From Eledone cirrhosa (lineage: Eukaryota): a stretch of DNA of 64,000 nucleotides. The position numbers were made by a program, and so were the translations under genes. The notes beneath the pieces are model-generated. The model did no database searches. It worked only from the letters and a program-made list of their open reading frames with translations, and was not told the origin of the DNA. The stretch is taken from positions 182,838,001-182,902,000 of the forward strand of contig OZ024743.1 of NCBI GenBank assembly GCA_964016885.1. Reading direction: 5' to 3'. Below are positions 10,020 through 24,000 of this stretch, piece by piece; the stretch's first letter is position 1, and the number at the start of each line of letters is the position of its first letter.

Positions 10020-10340
10020 CTGTGATCTCTCAATTTGGAGAACTAACAGCTCTACCTGGAGTGACTCTGATCAATTTACTCTATTGGGTAATGTTACTGC
10101 ACTAGCTCCTACAATTCTTGCACTTAAATTCAGCTTCCTGCCTTCCATCACTCATGAACACAGCCCAGAGACACTTGAACTTCTCCACCTGCTTCAGTGG
10201 AACTCCATAGCCTTCTTTGAGGGGGGACAAGTGTCTTCGTCTTCAAAGCACTGATTTTCATTCCCACCATCAAATGCCATGACAGAGATCACTGTCTAAT
10301 GAGTTAAACAGTACCAGGGGCTTGATCGACTGCTTCCTCT
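10020..10340 (-). mobile_element. Degenerate RTE-type LINE reverse transcriptase fragment
   Basis: Minus-strand translation gives GMKIS...GVPLKQVEKFKCLW, resembling the RT C-terminal xQVEKFKYLG motif. Confidence 0.55.
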
Positions 10341-11794
10341 TTGAATTGGTCTCTGCACTGTTGATTTCTCCATAATATCAAAAAATAGTGGCCTACTTGG
10401 GGTGGGTGTCTGGCAATGCCATCCCAAACGAGGGTGTAGTGTTTGCCCTTCCCCCTCTTTCTTTCGTCCTTCCAGTGGATTAACCAGACCCTACAGCAAC
10501 CATGCTTAGCACCACTTCCAAACAGGTATGTCAATCATGCCCTTAAAAATCATTAAAAGGTAAATCAATTTGTCTAATTAATTCTATCATTTTATACAAT
10601 TTAACCGGGCGCCGTGCTAAATGAGCGACAGCTGCCACCGGTTGTTAAAAATTACGTCTCCGAAATCTCTTGATTGTGATTCCGCCCAGACGCTCGCAAA
10701 TCGGCAACTGGGTGCCACTGACGACAAAGACCCTTTTAATGAATTTAACGCTTTGCAGATTATATATATCATTTTTGAAAAACATATTATATGATCTTGC
10801 AATTTAATTTTCTCATAAACATTAATTATATTTCTTATAAAACCAAATATAACTGCATTTTCTAGTTTTTACAAAATTTATTTAATAGTTTCCTTTCAAC
10901 ATTTTACTGTTTCTAATTTGAGATAAAAAAGAAATTATTAAAAAACTATTTATTGCTTTGTATTTCTAGATATTTTATTTTTAGTAGTTCCATGCAAGGG
11001 AGATAATTGCTGAGGTTTCGTGTTCACTGTATTGTTTTGATTATCGAGAAGAGAAATTAGTCATTCTGTTGGTGAGGGTGTCACATGAAGAACTGTCATG
11101 TTTTATTTGATTATCATAATAATTTATATTTTATTTGGTCTATTAATATGACTTGTACACGATAGCAACACAATAATATGCAGTTAACAACTGTTTTGTT
11201 CGTTCTCACGTCCAAGGTGAAGGCTACCACATCTATGGTCGAACGGAATAAAATTCTAAAATACCAGGAATTATCGGAAAATTATTATTTTTCCCCAGCC
11301 TATGACGTTCGAGACGTTTAGGGGCGCTAAGCCGCCGACAAGGATGTTTTTGTTGTCGGTGGCTCGCCTTACCGATGTATTTGGTGATGTCCGTGAGGGT
11401 ACTTGGTTATTCCAACCTCTCAGCCACGCTATCACCCGCAGCAATACTAGTAATGTGTTGGTTTACCTAAAAATGTATTGGAGGGAAACTTCAGCGCCCG
11501 GCGTGTGATTGAGTGTGTGTATGTATTCTCTCACTTGTATATTTTAAAATATAAATTGTATTTATTTGTATTATTATATATAATGTCATTACCGGTATAA
11601 CGACCCACCTCCTAAAAACCCCACTTTTCAATAAAAGAGAAAAAAAATTAAGTTAACAATCGGTGACCCCCCCTCCCCACTTCATGTTACTATATTTTTC
11701 TCTCTATTTACCTTTGTAAATAACGAATTAAAATGTTTTATTTGCTGAACATAAAGAAAAAGAAAGCAGTATTGGAAAGGACTATAAATGCCGT

Positions 11795-12120
11795 AAATAA
11801 GAGGAAAGGGAAGAGCAAAGACTGCTAGACAAAGGAAAAAAGAAAGGGGGGAAGGTGACAGACTACACCGAGGTAAGAGTGGTGTTTAGGTCGTGGACAA
11901 AATGGCGAAGCCATATCCGTGGGAAATGGCCAGCGACACCTGCTGCAACAGCCACCCCAGCTCATGGGGCTCCTTCTCCAGATGAGTTGCTATCGATACG
12001 ATTTTTACGGAGGAGGTCAGCAGTTCGGTGTCCGAGGACGGCTGAGGTCTCGACGGCGACCAATGCTAAGAGGAAGTGGTCAGAAAAGCCCCGATATTTG
12101 TCTTCCTATCCACTGTATTG
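11795..12120 (+). repeat. Unclassified GC-rich dispersed repeat (family B)
   Basis: AGCCACCCCAGCTCATGGGGCTCCTTC and flanks match 42935-43225 (-) and 14585-14650 (+). Confidence 0.65.
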
Positions 12121-12221
12121 CGAGTTACTATTATCCATCGTGTCTTTATTTCGTGGATTTGTTATATAAATCCTGATAAAATTCGACGGATCAAACTTTA
12201 ATACTGTACATCCAGTGTTGA

Positions 12222-12720
12222 AATAATTGTTTCTACGTTTGGCACAAGGCCAGCAAGAACCCAGTGCATTACTGGTACTTTATTTTATCGACCCCGTAAA
12301 GATGAAAGGCAAAGTTAACCTCGGCGGAATTTGAACTCAGAATGGCAAGGGTCGTAACTCTATACGTCAAATATGGCGTCCGACCCTTTACCAATACTGC
12401 CAATCCACCGCCAGTGTTGAAATAATGGTTGTTCATGTTAATTAATTGTTTTCAATATGTAAACTAAACGACTAATTCTCGTTTAAAAAAAAATCAGCTG
12501 AGACAACCTAAAAAAATTACCGATTTTCCACCCCCACTTTATTATTTGGGATCCGAGAGTATAAAAAATATAATAATTATTATTTCTACTTTTGGCACAA
12601 GGCCAGCAATATACTCAGTGCATTACTGGTACTTTATTTTATCGACCCCGTAAGGATGAAAGGCAAAGTTAACCTCGGCGGGATTTGAACTCAGAACGTA
12701 AAGGTGTTATAACTATGCTC
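12222..12720 (-). mobile_element. Two SINE family A copies (12222-12412 and 12582-12720)
   Basis: Core and tail motifs on the minus strand. Confidence 0.8.
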
Positions 12721-12905
12721 AGGTGCACTACAACTCATCAGAGGTATATGTATAGTACTAGGGTTGATTTAATCAACTTTACCCTTCTCTCATCTTCGCT
12801 GGACTTATGCCTAAATTAGAAATCAATGTTACAGAGTTTTCAACGCAAATATTCAGTTTCATATTTAATGCAAACAGTTGATGACTCAGATTAGATAATT
12901 TCCTT

Positions 12906-13500
12906 TGGCAGTATCGGTAGATTGTCGGGCGCCATGCTTTGCAGCATAGAGTTACGGCCCTTTATGACCTGAGTTCAAATTCCGCCGAGGTTAACTTTGA
13001 CTTTCATCCTTACGGGGTCGATAAAATGAAGTACTAGTAATGTACTGGGTAATTGATGGCCTTGTGCCAAAAGTAGTAGAAACGATTATTATTAAGTTAT
13101 CACCATTGAATATATAGAGAGAACTCTTCCGTTGTGTTAAGGACATGGCAATCTCTCTAGGTTTGATGATACAACAAATGTACCCAGTACACTCTGTTCT
13201 TCACGGCAATATTTTCACCATCTTGACTACGGGGCACAGCTGCAAATAATATACTGTCCAGCCAAATGTGCAGAGTTTGCATCACTCCCACTTAAATTAT
13301 TTATTGTTTCTCTCTCCTCTTTTCTCTATTTTCTCTCTTCCTGTTTCTGTGGATTGGAAGAGCATCGTACAATATGCTTTGTGGCATAGTTACGGCCCTT
13401 TACGTTCTGAGTTCAAATCCCACCAAGGTTAGCTTTGCCTTTCATCCTTACAGTGTCGATAAAATAAAGTACCAGTAACATACTGAGGTAGATTTAATCA
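12906..13500 (+). mobile_element. Two SINE family A copies (12906-13090 and ~13350-13500)
   Basis: TGGCAGTATCGG A-box-like, GAGTTCAAATTCC B-box, core TTTCATCCTTACGGGGTCGATAAAAT. Confidence 0.8.
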
Positions 13501-14079
13501 ACTCTCCTTTCTCCAGAAAAAAACATTTAATCCTTAAATGTTTTAGATATTTTCCTCATTGTATATTTCTATTGAATTACAATAAATTCTATCCCTTTCC
13601 ATTTAAATCTACGCAAAAGACTCAATCATATTCATTGTATCCCTCGTCATTTAAGAATTTCTACTCCTAACCTATTTTATATCAGAATTATCTCCCCTGC
13701 ATTATCCAAAGTGTTTATAAACAGGAAGAAACTCGGTTGCTCTCCCTCCTTTATCCTCGTTCTTTAATTTCTTACATTTTATTTCTTTTACTTTTCTTCT
13801 ATTCTTCATTTCCTTATTGTTTTGTATATATAAAAAAAGGTTTGAATGTTAAAGTTGTGCAAGCTGGGATAATTAAAAAACATTTATTTTGATGTTATAT
13901 AAAAGGAAAGAGCAAAAATGTTTATTCTCGTTGCATAAAATAATATTTACAATTAAAAGATAATAATATTTAAACGAAACAAAAACAAAAAAACAAGAAG
14001 AAAGTGAAAGAAGAAAAAAAGAATTGTGGAATGAATCAGAAGGGAGGTAGGTGTAAAAGTCAAACTTGCTATCCCCAAT

Positions 14080-14500
14080 TTGGTATTTGTGACAGCCCTT
14101 ACCTGTGGTCCTAAAACTTGTGTAAATAACCGAAAGAATTCAATTGTGGATACAAGTGGCTGAAATGGGGTTCCTCCGAAAGGTCTTTGGAGTAACGTTA
14201 TTCAATAGAGTCACTACAGGTAGAGCCACTACTTCTCACCAAATTGAGAGATCACAGCTCCGATACTATTGGCATGTGGTTAGAATGTCTCAGGAAAGAA
14301 TTACTGGACAGATTTTAGGGGGCAAAACCATCAGGTACGAGACCCAGGGGTAGACCCACCCCAAGCAAGATGGTTGGATAACATCTGTTAGCTTGGCTGG
14401 TCTCACTTGGGGATCCAGCCAGATCAGTTGGAGACGTTTGCTTCTGAAAGGACCCACTGTTTTTGAGGACTGCCCCCATGACCCTCTCAGGAATAAGTGG
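14080..14500 (+). mobile_element. RTE-type LINE 3' fragment
   Basis: IQVAEMGFLRKVFGVTLFNRV...IERSQLRYYWHVVRM, then a GRP...RWLD-like stretch. Confidence 0.7.
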
Positions 14501-15634
14501 GTGAAGAAGAAGGGATAGACAGACAGACCCCAGTCTGAGTGGTGATTTAGCTGTATCCCACAGACAAAATGGTGAAAGCATTGCTAGGGAGAATGGCCAA
14601 TGACCCCTGCTGCTACAGCCACCTTGCTTCACAAGGTCCCTTCCTCAGGAGGACTACTGTCTTTCTGATGTATGATGATATTATATCTAGTTGAATCATC
14701 AGCCTCCTCGTCATCATTTTTTATGTCTGTTTTTTCCACACTTGCATGGGTTGAATGGGTCCTTCTCAGCACAGTATCTCTTCAATCGCTGCATTTCTTC
14801 ATCATCTCCTCTGTGAGTTTCAGTGATCTGAGGTCAGCTCTCACAACCTCTGACCAGGTCTTTTTTGGTCTACCTCTACTGTAACATGCTTCCACTAGGA
14901 TTACTTGGAAAGAAATTACATTGGCATATTTACCAAACACGCATTGTTAGACTTTCAAATGACCAAACATATTTCTTATTTGTATTTGTATCTCATATTT
15001 CACAATGCTTCAAGTAAACTACAACACCTTATAGTATTAGGGCTTAAATCTCATCCTTTAACTTTCCCACCATCACAAATAAGGACTACTGAATAAATAA
15101 ATTGTAATCCATTGGGAATTTATACACACACAATAGAATGGGTTTTTTATTGGGAGTTTATACACATAAACTAGAAAGGGTTTTTTATTGGAAATTTATA
15201 CATATAAAATAGATACGGTTTTTATTTATTATCCACAAATCAAGAACAACGATCATTTGAGGTTACCATTACTATTTCCATCTACATATACACTATAGGA
15301 ATATCATACAAGGATATCAATGTAAAACACTATCTTTAAGATAGTATGTTTGCACTTGTATATATATATATAGTTTAGAATAAAACAATAAATAAGGGTA
15401 GGCGAAGAAATTATTACAGCTCAAAATATGAGATTCATTACAGTAATTAACAGTCTTTGGTCTTCTTTTCAATGTTATATATATGGGTAGACCAAGGAAA
15501 ACCTGGGACAAGGTGATAAAAACTAACCTTGCTCACTTATACCGCTTTAAGACAATGTCACTGGATCGAGATTTTTGCCGCTATGCAGTTATACAGAAGA
15601 CCCGCCTTCCCTTACATACAAACTTAAACCTACA

Positions 15635-15965
15635 GCCAGTAGGCACCTCTTAACCCAATATACACCACACATCACACCCCCTACTCCATCCTCCCACTTC
15701 TGTCTACTGTAAAGTGGTCATGTAGGTGACATGACAAAAAGCACCCAGTCCACACTGTAAAGTCGTAGTGTAGGAGACACGGTAAAAAGGCTCCCAGTCC
15801 ACACTGTAAATGTGGTTGGTGTTAGGAAAGGCATCCAGCCATAGAAAACCTGCCAGAAACAGTTCTATACAAGTGAGACACAGTCACCCGACCAATCTTG
15901 CCTCAAGTAGGACAAACCCGTCCAAATCATGCTAGCTTGGAAGAAGGACGTTAACCGATGATGAT
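15635..15965 (+). mobile_element. RTE 3' UTR or RTE-tailed SINE ending in (GAT)n
   Basis: CCAGTCCACACTGTAAA...TTAGGAAAGGCATCCAGC...GGACGTTAA..GATGATGAT; homologous to 39810-40050, 40250-40575 and the 3' ends of the long RTE copies. Confidence 0.7.
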
Positions 15966-16065
15966 ATATATATGTGTTGTGTGTGTGTGTATATATGTAT
16001 GTGTGTGTAGGTGTATACACATATATGTATATATACATATATATGTGTATTCACACACAAATATA

Positions 16066-17341
16066 CGGGGTGGGGCATAAAAACTGTTATAAAATAAAAT
16101 GCAAATAGTTCTTGAAAAAAACATTTATTTCAAGATCTGACTTCAACAAATAGTAAGTAATATACTATTAAACAACTGCCCCAAAATTTATTCGAAATGC
16201 TTTCCTCTAGCTCTCACTACTGCTCGAAGTCTTCTAGGAAAGTCTTCGATGGCTGCATGAACAGTTTCCATGGGTATTTTCTCCCATACTTTATTCAGTT
16301 TTGATTTTAGAGTTTCAATATTTTGGCTAGTAGAGCAGGCTTCACTCTCAAGAATTGACCATAAAGAAAAATCGAGGGGGTTGAGATCTGGTGATGTGGG
16401 AGGCCACTCTTCCTTACTGATCCATGCAGGACAATGGTCTCTACACCTCTGTTGTGTTACGGGAGCAGTGTGGCTCATCGCTCCATCTTGTTGGAGAGTC
16501 CAAATGTCATCGCCATAAACAGATGTGCACCATGAGATCAGTGCTCCTTCCAAAATATCCTTTATGTAAAGTTCTTTGTTAATTTTAACTCCTTGAGGCA
16601 CAAAAATCAGAGGAGACTTTCCTCTTTCAGAAATGGCTGCCCAAACTATCACTGATGCTGGTTTCTGAACACTTTTCCTACACTTGAAGGAATTGATTTG
16701 AGACTTTTTGCAAGTACTCGATCATTTTGATGATTGTGAATAACTTCTCATCTGTAAAGATGATGTTTTGCAGCGTGCCATCCTTGATACGGTTCAATAA
16801 CAGTTTACTTATGGAGAGCCTCTTTTCAATTGTGGCTGCAGAAAGAAGCTGCCTCTTTTGGAACTTATAGGGTGAGATCCCCAGATCATCTTGACATATC
16901 CTTCGCATAGTTCTTGGCGATGTTTCTGCTTCTTCTGCCATTTTTCTCATGGACCTTGGATTACGTCTTATTTTTTCCCTCACACTTTTAATGCGTTTTG
17001 GTGTTCTTGAGGTGCGAGGGCGTCCGGATAGTGGTCTGTCTTTGGTCGAGGAAGTTTCCTTAAATCGATCGATTGTCCTTTTGATCAACATTCTATTGAT
17101 CTTAAGAGCTTTCCCCAGTTTAAATATCTCAGGTGGAGTCAGGCCTGTTTCATGCTTCTCTATTATGAACTTTCTTTTCAATTCTATGGACATTGCAAAT
17201 TGTTAATGGAGTAATGTTCTGAAAAATAGTTAATATGGCTATAGTGCATGGATTTGATACAAATATATTAGTGATATTAACAACATAATTTATTTTTAAA
17301 ATTGATTTAAAACTTTGTAACAGTAATTATGCCCCACCCTG
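16066..17341 (-). mobile_element. Tc1/mariner superfamily DD37D (maT) transposon, full length, defective
   Basis: ~28-bp TIRs CRGGGTGGGGCATAAWWACTGTTAYAAA, TA target duplication at both ends, 1276 bp. Confidence 0.92.
16188..17193 (-). pseudogene. Frameshifted DD37D transposase
   Basis: HTH and SGRPR motif, FTDEK, QQDGAMSH, SPDLNPLDF; 37 residues between the 2nd and 3rd Asp; split into ORFs 16678-17193 and 16188-16652. Confidence 0.9.
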
Positions 17342-17458
17342 TATATATATACATACACACACACAAATATATATATATATAACGAAGGAATTGTGGTAAG
17401 GAACCAGATGGACCATAACGCATCAGAGTACTCAATACTTAGAGTAGTAGAGTGGGTA

Positions 17459-17580
17459 ATAGGAAAAAGTATGACCCCGACGGCAGAGCTCAAGCCATTT
17501 CGACGGCTATTTCTAGACGCGTCTAGAAATAGCCGTCAAAAAGACTTGAGCTCTGCCGTCGGGGTCATACTTTTTCCTAT
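17459..17580. repeat. 122-bp near-perfect loopless palindrome
   Basis: 36-bp outer arms are exact reverse complements; inner perfect palindrome centred on GACG|CGTC (17519/17520); few mismatches between. Confidence 0.95.
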
Positions 17581-17775
17581 ATATATATACACACATATAT
17601 CTCCATGCTTGTATTTAGATAGGATAAAACAAGCAGATATAGAATGTCCAATGTCAACAGAGTTGACCACCTGTTAAAAGATTTCACTAATCAGGAAATG
17701 TCAAACAACCTGTTATTTGTGACACATACACACACATGCATATGTATACATGTATATATATATGTGTGTGTGTAA

Positions 17776-17960
17776 AAGCATGTGGCTTGTGGTTAGAGCA
17801 TGGGATTTACAGTCTTTGAGGTTGTGAGTTCGATTCCCTGGCTGAAGGTTGCATTGTGTCCTTGAGCAAGATTCTTTATTTTACTTTGCTCCAGTTTACT
17901 CAGCTGCAGAAATGAGTTGCAATGTTTCTGGTGCCAAGCTGTATCGACTATTGACTTTCA
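17776..17960 (+). mobile_element. tRNA-derived SINE, second family
   Basis: A-box TGGCTTGTGG, B-box GAGTTCGATTCC, GTGTCCTTGAGCAAG core. Confidence 0.7.
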
Positions 17961-18208
17961 CTAAGAGAACACATCACCTGATCTGGGAATTGTCCTCATG
18001 ATTGCAAGCCCAGTGCTCTAATCACTATCATCTTCATCATCATCATTGTTTTTACATCATACTTTCCATGCAGAGCCGTTATATAGTTACAATTATCTTA
18101 CAAATCAAAAATTAAAAGTTCAAGACATTTAATTACTGACAATTCTTTCTTCCCACAGTAATATACCACAGTTAGCAGAGACTATGGGCATTATCTGAGT
18201 TTAATTAA

Positions 18209-18271
18209 AATACCAATACTAATACCAATACTAATACCAATACTAATACCAATACTAATACCAATACTAAT
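18209..18271. repeat. 12-bp tandem repeat (AATACCAATACT) x5
   Basis: Direct reading. Confidence 0.9.
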
Positions 18272-18728
18272 CACTCCAGAAAAAAACCAGATAATATATA
18301 TCACTTATCAAAATATCAAAATAAAAATAAATCACAGTTACAAATATAGTTCAAAGAATATCATAGTCCACAAAATATGGTGTCAGTTGAGTTAAAGGTT
18401 ATGTAGAAGTATATTGCCCAGAATGAATTGGAATTTATAGTTTTAAAAATGGTATAATTTGTATTAAAAGTTTGATGGATTGTCCGGGCTAACTATAAAT
18501 ATTGCTTTGTTTAAACTCTATAAATAGCAATTAATTTTAATACCATCTGGTTATCAAACTAACCAACAGAAAATTATAATAATAAATTGAAGTGAAACTA
18601 AACTGGTGCATGTGATTCTATTTGTAGCATGACCCTCCCAAAGTATAACAATATATGTTTCAACACACGTTTTCACATAAAAAATCTTGCAAAACAAATA
18701 CAAAAACGAAGTATATATATATTTATAT

Positions 18729-20870
18729 ATCATCATCCTCATCATCACCGTTTTACATCCGTTCTTCCATGCTAGCATGGGTTAGACGGGTTGTCCTATT
18801 GTGGGCAGTGTTCGGTCGGCTGACCTTGTCTTGCTCATATGGGAACTGATTCTGGCTTGATTTCTACAGCTGGATGCCCTTCCTAGCACCAACCTCATTT
18901 ACAGTGAGTGCTGGGTGATTTTTTTCCGTGGCGCCTATACGTCCACTTTACAGTGTGGGCTGGGTGTTTTTTTGCCGTGGCACTTCCACGACCACCTTGC
19001 AGTGGGGGGTGTGGGGGCATATTGTCTATATGCTTCAGCTTGTACCCATGGGAGGTCGGGTACTCTGTATTAGTGCGTGACGCCAGAGGTCACGGTCGTG
19101 TGTCATCGCCTTTGAGAGGTGTAATTGGGTAAGGTCGGCTTTTATCCCCTCATCCCAGGTCTTCTTGGGTCTCCCCACTCCGCGGTTACCATCGACTTCT
19201 AGTGCTCTGCACCTTTTTATGCAGCTGTCATCCTTCATACGCATCACATGTCCATACCAACGCAACCACCTCTCCTGCACACAGCATTTGATTCCTCTTA
19301 TGTTCAATCTCTCTCTCAATTCATTTATGCTTTGCCGTTCGCGTATTACACATCCATCAGAGCATGCAGGCTTTGTTTCTTTCTAATCTGTGTAAGTCTT
19401 CCACAGACAGCGTCCAGCTCTCACCACCATGTAACATTGCTGTTCGTATACATGCATCATACAATCTGCCTTTCATTTTGAGGGAAAAGCCTTTTGCAGC
19501 TAGCAGTGGCAGTAGCTCCCTGAACTTCTTCCATCCCGTTCTTATGCTAGTTATTCTACTTTCCGAATACCCACCTCCGCTGCTAATTCGGTCACCTAGG
19601 TAGCAGAAGCTGTCTACTGTTTCTATAGAGCCCTCCTAGTGTTTGGTGGTACTTGTTTCCTGTGGCTGTTTGCTGCTTGCTGTCCCAGCACAAATGCTAC
19701 ATGTGAAGCCTACATTCTTAGTTAAGCTTCCTGAGATTCTGCTACATCTCTTGTGTACCTATTGTTTGCATTTGGGGCAGAGAATGGAGTTCCTACCTAC
19801 ACCTTTCCTACATACTAAGCAAGACCATTTCCCCGAGGGGATCTGGGTTCTGTTTTCTTGTCTACTTACAAGGACCTTAGTCTTTGTCAGGTTGACTTTG
19901 AGACCCTTTCTTTCTAGTCCCTGCTTCCAAGTTTGGAATTTCTTCTCTAGTTCTACCATAGATTCAGCTATAAGTGCGAGGTCATCTACGTACAGGAGTT
20001 CCCATGGGCATCCGGTCTTAAACTCCTCCGTTATTGCCTGTAGGACTATGATGAACAGGAGAGGGCTAAGAACAGAGCCCTGGTGGACACCGACCTGTAC
20101 GCTAAATTCCTCGCTATACTCATTGCTAATCCTAACTTTGCTGACTGCTCCCCTATACATGGCTTGTACAGCTTTCACAAGCCATTCATCTACTAGTTTT
20201 CTAAGAGCCCACCAGATTATAGCACGGGGAACTCTGTCAAAGGCTTTCTCGAGATCGACGAATGCCAGGTAGAGTGGCTTACTTTTCCTGTAACCACTCA
20301 CAAGGAAGAGGGCATCAATGGTGCCTCTTCCTGGCACAAACCCAAATTGCATCTCATCTGGTCCCTAATCAACTGTGCTATAACTCTTTCTGTTACTTTC
20401 ATGACCTGGTCCATCAGCTTTATACCTCTATAGTTTCCTCTATGTAGTGCATCACCTTTGTAGCAGTTGACAATGATGCTACTGCACCAATCCTTTGGTA
20501 TGACACCTTCTAGTATTACCTGGTTAACAATACGTGTGGTTATGGTGTGACCTACCGACCCAGATGCCTTCAGCATCTCGGCAGCTATACCCGATGGACC
20601 GGTTGCCTTCCTCGTCTTCATATCTTTGATTGCCTTACTTACTACGCTGTTGCTGACTTGTACTGCTGGCCCCTCTATAGGGTCTACTTGGGGTAGGGTC
20701 TCTTCTTCCCATGCATTCTCCTCATTTAGTAATCTATCAGCACTTGTGAGGGCAAGCTCACCTTTATCATTCCGGATACACTTCTCTCCAATGACATCAC
20801 AATTCTCTCTGACACACTGCCTTGCAATCTTGAACACCTCCAGTTTCTGGTCCTCACGTTGCGAAACATG
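18729..20870 (-). mobile_element. 5'-truncated RTE-type LINE (RT, Cys-rich insert, 3' UTR with (GAT)n tail), decayed
   Basis: [68 protein letters not shown]; frameshifts present. Confidence 0.92.
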
Positions 20871-21020
20871 CATTTATTTATATATATCATCATCATTATC
20901 GTTTAACATCCATTTTCCATGCTAACATAGGTAGGATGGTCTATCCCATTGTATGAGATCAGGTTGGAGGACTGTGTTTTGCTCACACAGAACTGATTTT
21001 GGCATACATACATACATACA

Positions 21021-24000
21021 TGCACAAACACATACACACACAAGTGTATATAAACTCTCTCACACAAACACATACACACACAAATGTATATAAACTCTCT
21101 CACACAAACACATACCCACACAAGTGTATACACACTCTCTCACACAAACACATACCCACACAAGTGTATACACACTCTCTCACACAAACACATACACACA
21201 CAAATGTATACACACTCTCTCACACAAACACATACACACACAAGTGTATACACACTCTCTCACACAAACACATACACACACAAGTGTATACATACTCTCT
21301 CACACAAACACATACCCACACAAGTGTATACACACTCACACAAACACATACACACACAAGTGTATATAAACTCTCACACAAACACATACACACACAAGTG
21401 TATATAAACTCTCTCACACAAACACATACACACACACAAGTGTATACACACTCTCTCACACAAACACATACACACACAAGTGTATATAAACTCTCTCACA
21501 CAAACACATACACACACAAGTGTATATAAACTCTCTCACACAAACACATACACACACACAAGTGTATACACACTCTCTCACACAAACACATACACACACA
21601 AGTGTATATAAACTCTCTCACACAAACACATACACACACAAATGTATATAAACTCTCTCACACAAACACATACACACACAAGTGTATATAAACTCTCTCA
21701 CACAAACACATACACACACAAGTGTATATAAACTCTCTCACACAAACACATACACACACAAGTGTATATAAACTCTCTCACACAAACACATACACACACA
21801 AGTGTATATAAACTCTCTCACACAAACACATACACACACAAGTGTATATAAACTCTCACACAAACACATACACACACAAGTGTATATAAACTCTCTCACA
21901 CAAACACATACACACACAAGTGTATATAAACTCTCTCACACAAACACATACCCACACAAGTGTATACACACTCTCTCACACAAACACATACACACACAAG
22001 TGTATATAAACTCTCTCACACAAACACATACAAACACAAGTGTATACACACTCTCTCACACAAACTCATACACACACAAGTGTATATAAACTCTCTCACA
22101 CAAACACATACACACACAAGTGTATATAAACTCTCTCACACAAACACATACACACACAAGTGTATATAAACTCTCTCACACAAACATATACACACACAAG
22201 TGTATACACACTCTCTCACACACACTCATACACACACAAGTGTATATAAACTCTCTCACACAAACACATACACACACAAGTGTATATAAACTCTCTCACA
22301 CAAACACATACACACACAAGTGTATATAAACTCTCACACAAACACATACACAGACAAGTGTATATAAACTCTCTGACACAAACACATACACACACAAGTG
22401 TATACACACTCTCTCACACAAACTCATACACACACAAGTGTATATAAACTCTCTCACACAAACACATACACACACAAGTGTATATAAACTCTCTCACACA
22501 AACACATACACACACAAGTGTATATAAACTCTCTCACACAAACACATACACACACAAGTGTATACACACTCTCTCACACAAACTCATACACACACAAGTG
22601 TATATAAACTCTCTCACACAAACACATACACACACAAGTGTATATAAACTCTCTCACACAAACACATACACACACAAGTGTATATAAACTCTCTCACACA
22701 AACACATACACACACAAGTGTATATAAACTCTCTCACACAAACACATACACACACAAGTGTATACATACTCTCTCACACAAACTCATACACACACAAGTG
22801 TATATAAACTCTCTCACACAAACACATACACACACAAGTGTATACACACTCTCTCACACAAACACATACACACACAAGTGTATATAAACTCTCTCACACA
22901 AACACATACACACACAAGTGTATACACACACTCTCACACAAACTCATACACACACAAGTGTATATAAACTCTCTCACACAAACGCATACACACACAAGTG
23001 TATATAAACTCTCTCACACAAACACATACACACACAAGTGTATATAAACTCTCTCACACAAACAAATACACACACAAGTGTATATAAACTCTCTCACACA
23101 AACACATACACACACAAGTGTATACACACTCTCTCACACAAACTCATACACACACAAGTGTATATAAACTCTCTCACACAAACACATACACACACAAGTG
23201 TATACACACTCTCTCACACAAACACATACACACACAAGTGTATACACACTCTCTCACACAAACTCATACACACACAAGTGTATATAAACTCTCTCACACA
23301 AACACATACACACACAAGTGTATATAAACTCTCTCACACAAACACATACACACACAAGTGTATACACACTCTCTCACACAAACACATACACACACAAGTG
23401 TATATAAACTCTCTCACACAAACACATACACACACAAGTGTATACACACTCTCTCACACAAACACATACACACACAAGTGTATATAAACTCTCTCACACA
23501 AACACATACACACACAAGTGTATATAAACTCTCTCACACAAACACATACACACACAAGTGTATATAAACTCTCTCACACAAACACATGCACACACAAGTG
23601 TATACACACTCTCTCACACAAACACATACACACACAAGTGTATATAAACTCTCTCACACAAACACATACACACACAAGTGTATATAAACTCTCACACAAA
23701 CACATACACACACAAGTGTATACACACTCTCTCACACAAACACATACACACACAAGTGTATATAAACTCTCTCACACAAACACATACACACACAAGTGTA
23801 TATAAACTCTCTCACACAAACACATACACACACAAGTGTATACACACTCTCTCACACAAACTCATACACACACAAGTGTATATAAACTCTCTCACACAAA
23901 CACATACACACACAAGTGTATACACACTCTCTCACACAAACACATACACACACAAGTGTATACACACTCTCTCACACAAACTCATACACACACAAGTGTA

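Noticed and set aside
17776-17850. tRNA gene
   Set aside because: A and B boxes run into a SINE core; no acceptor stem
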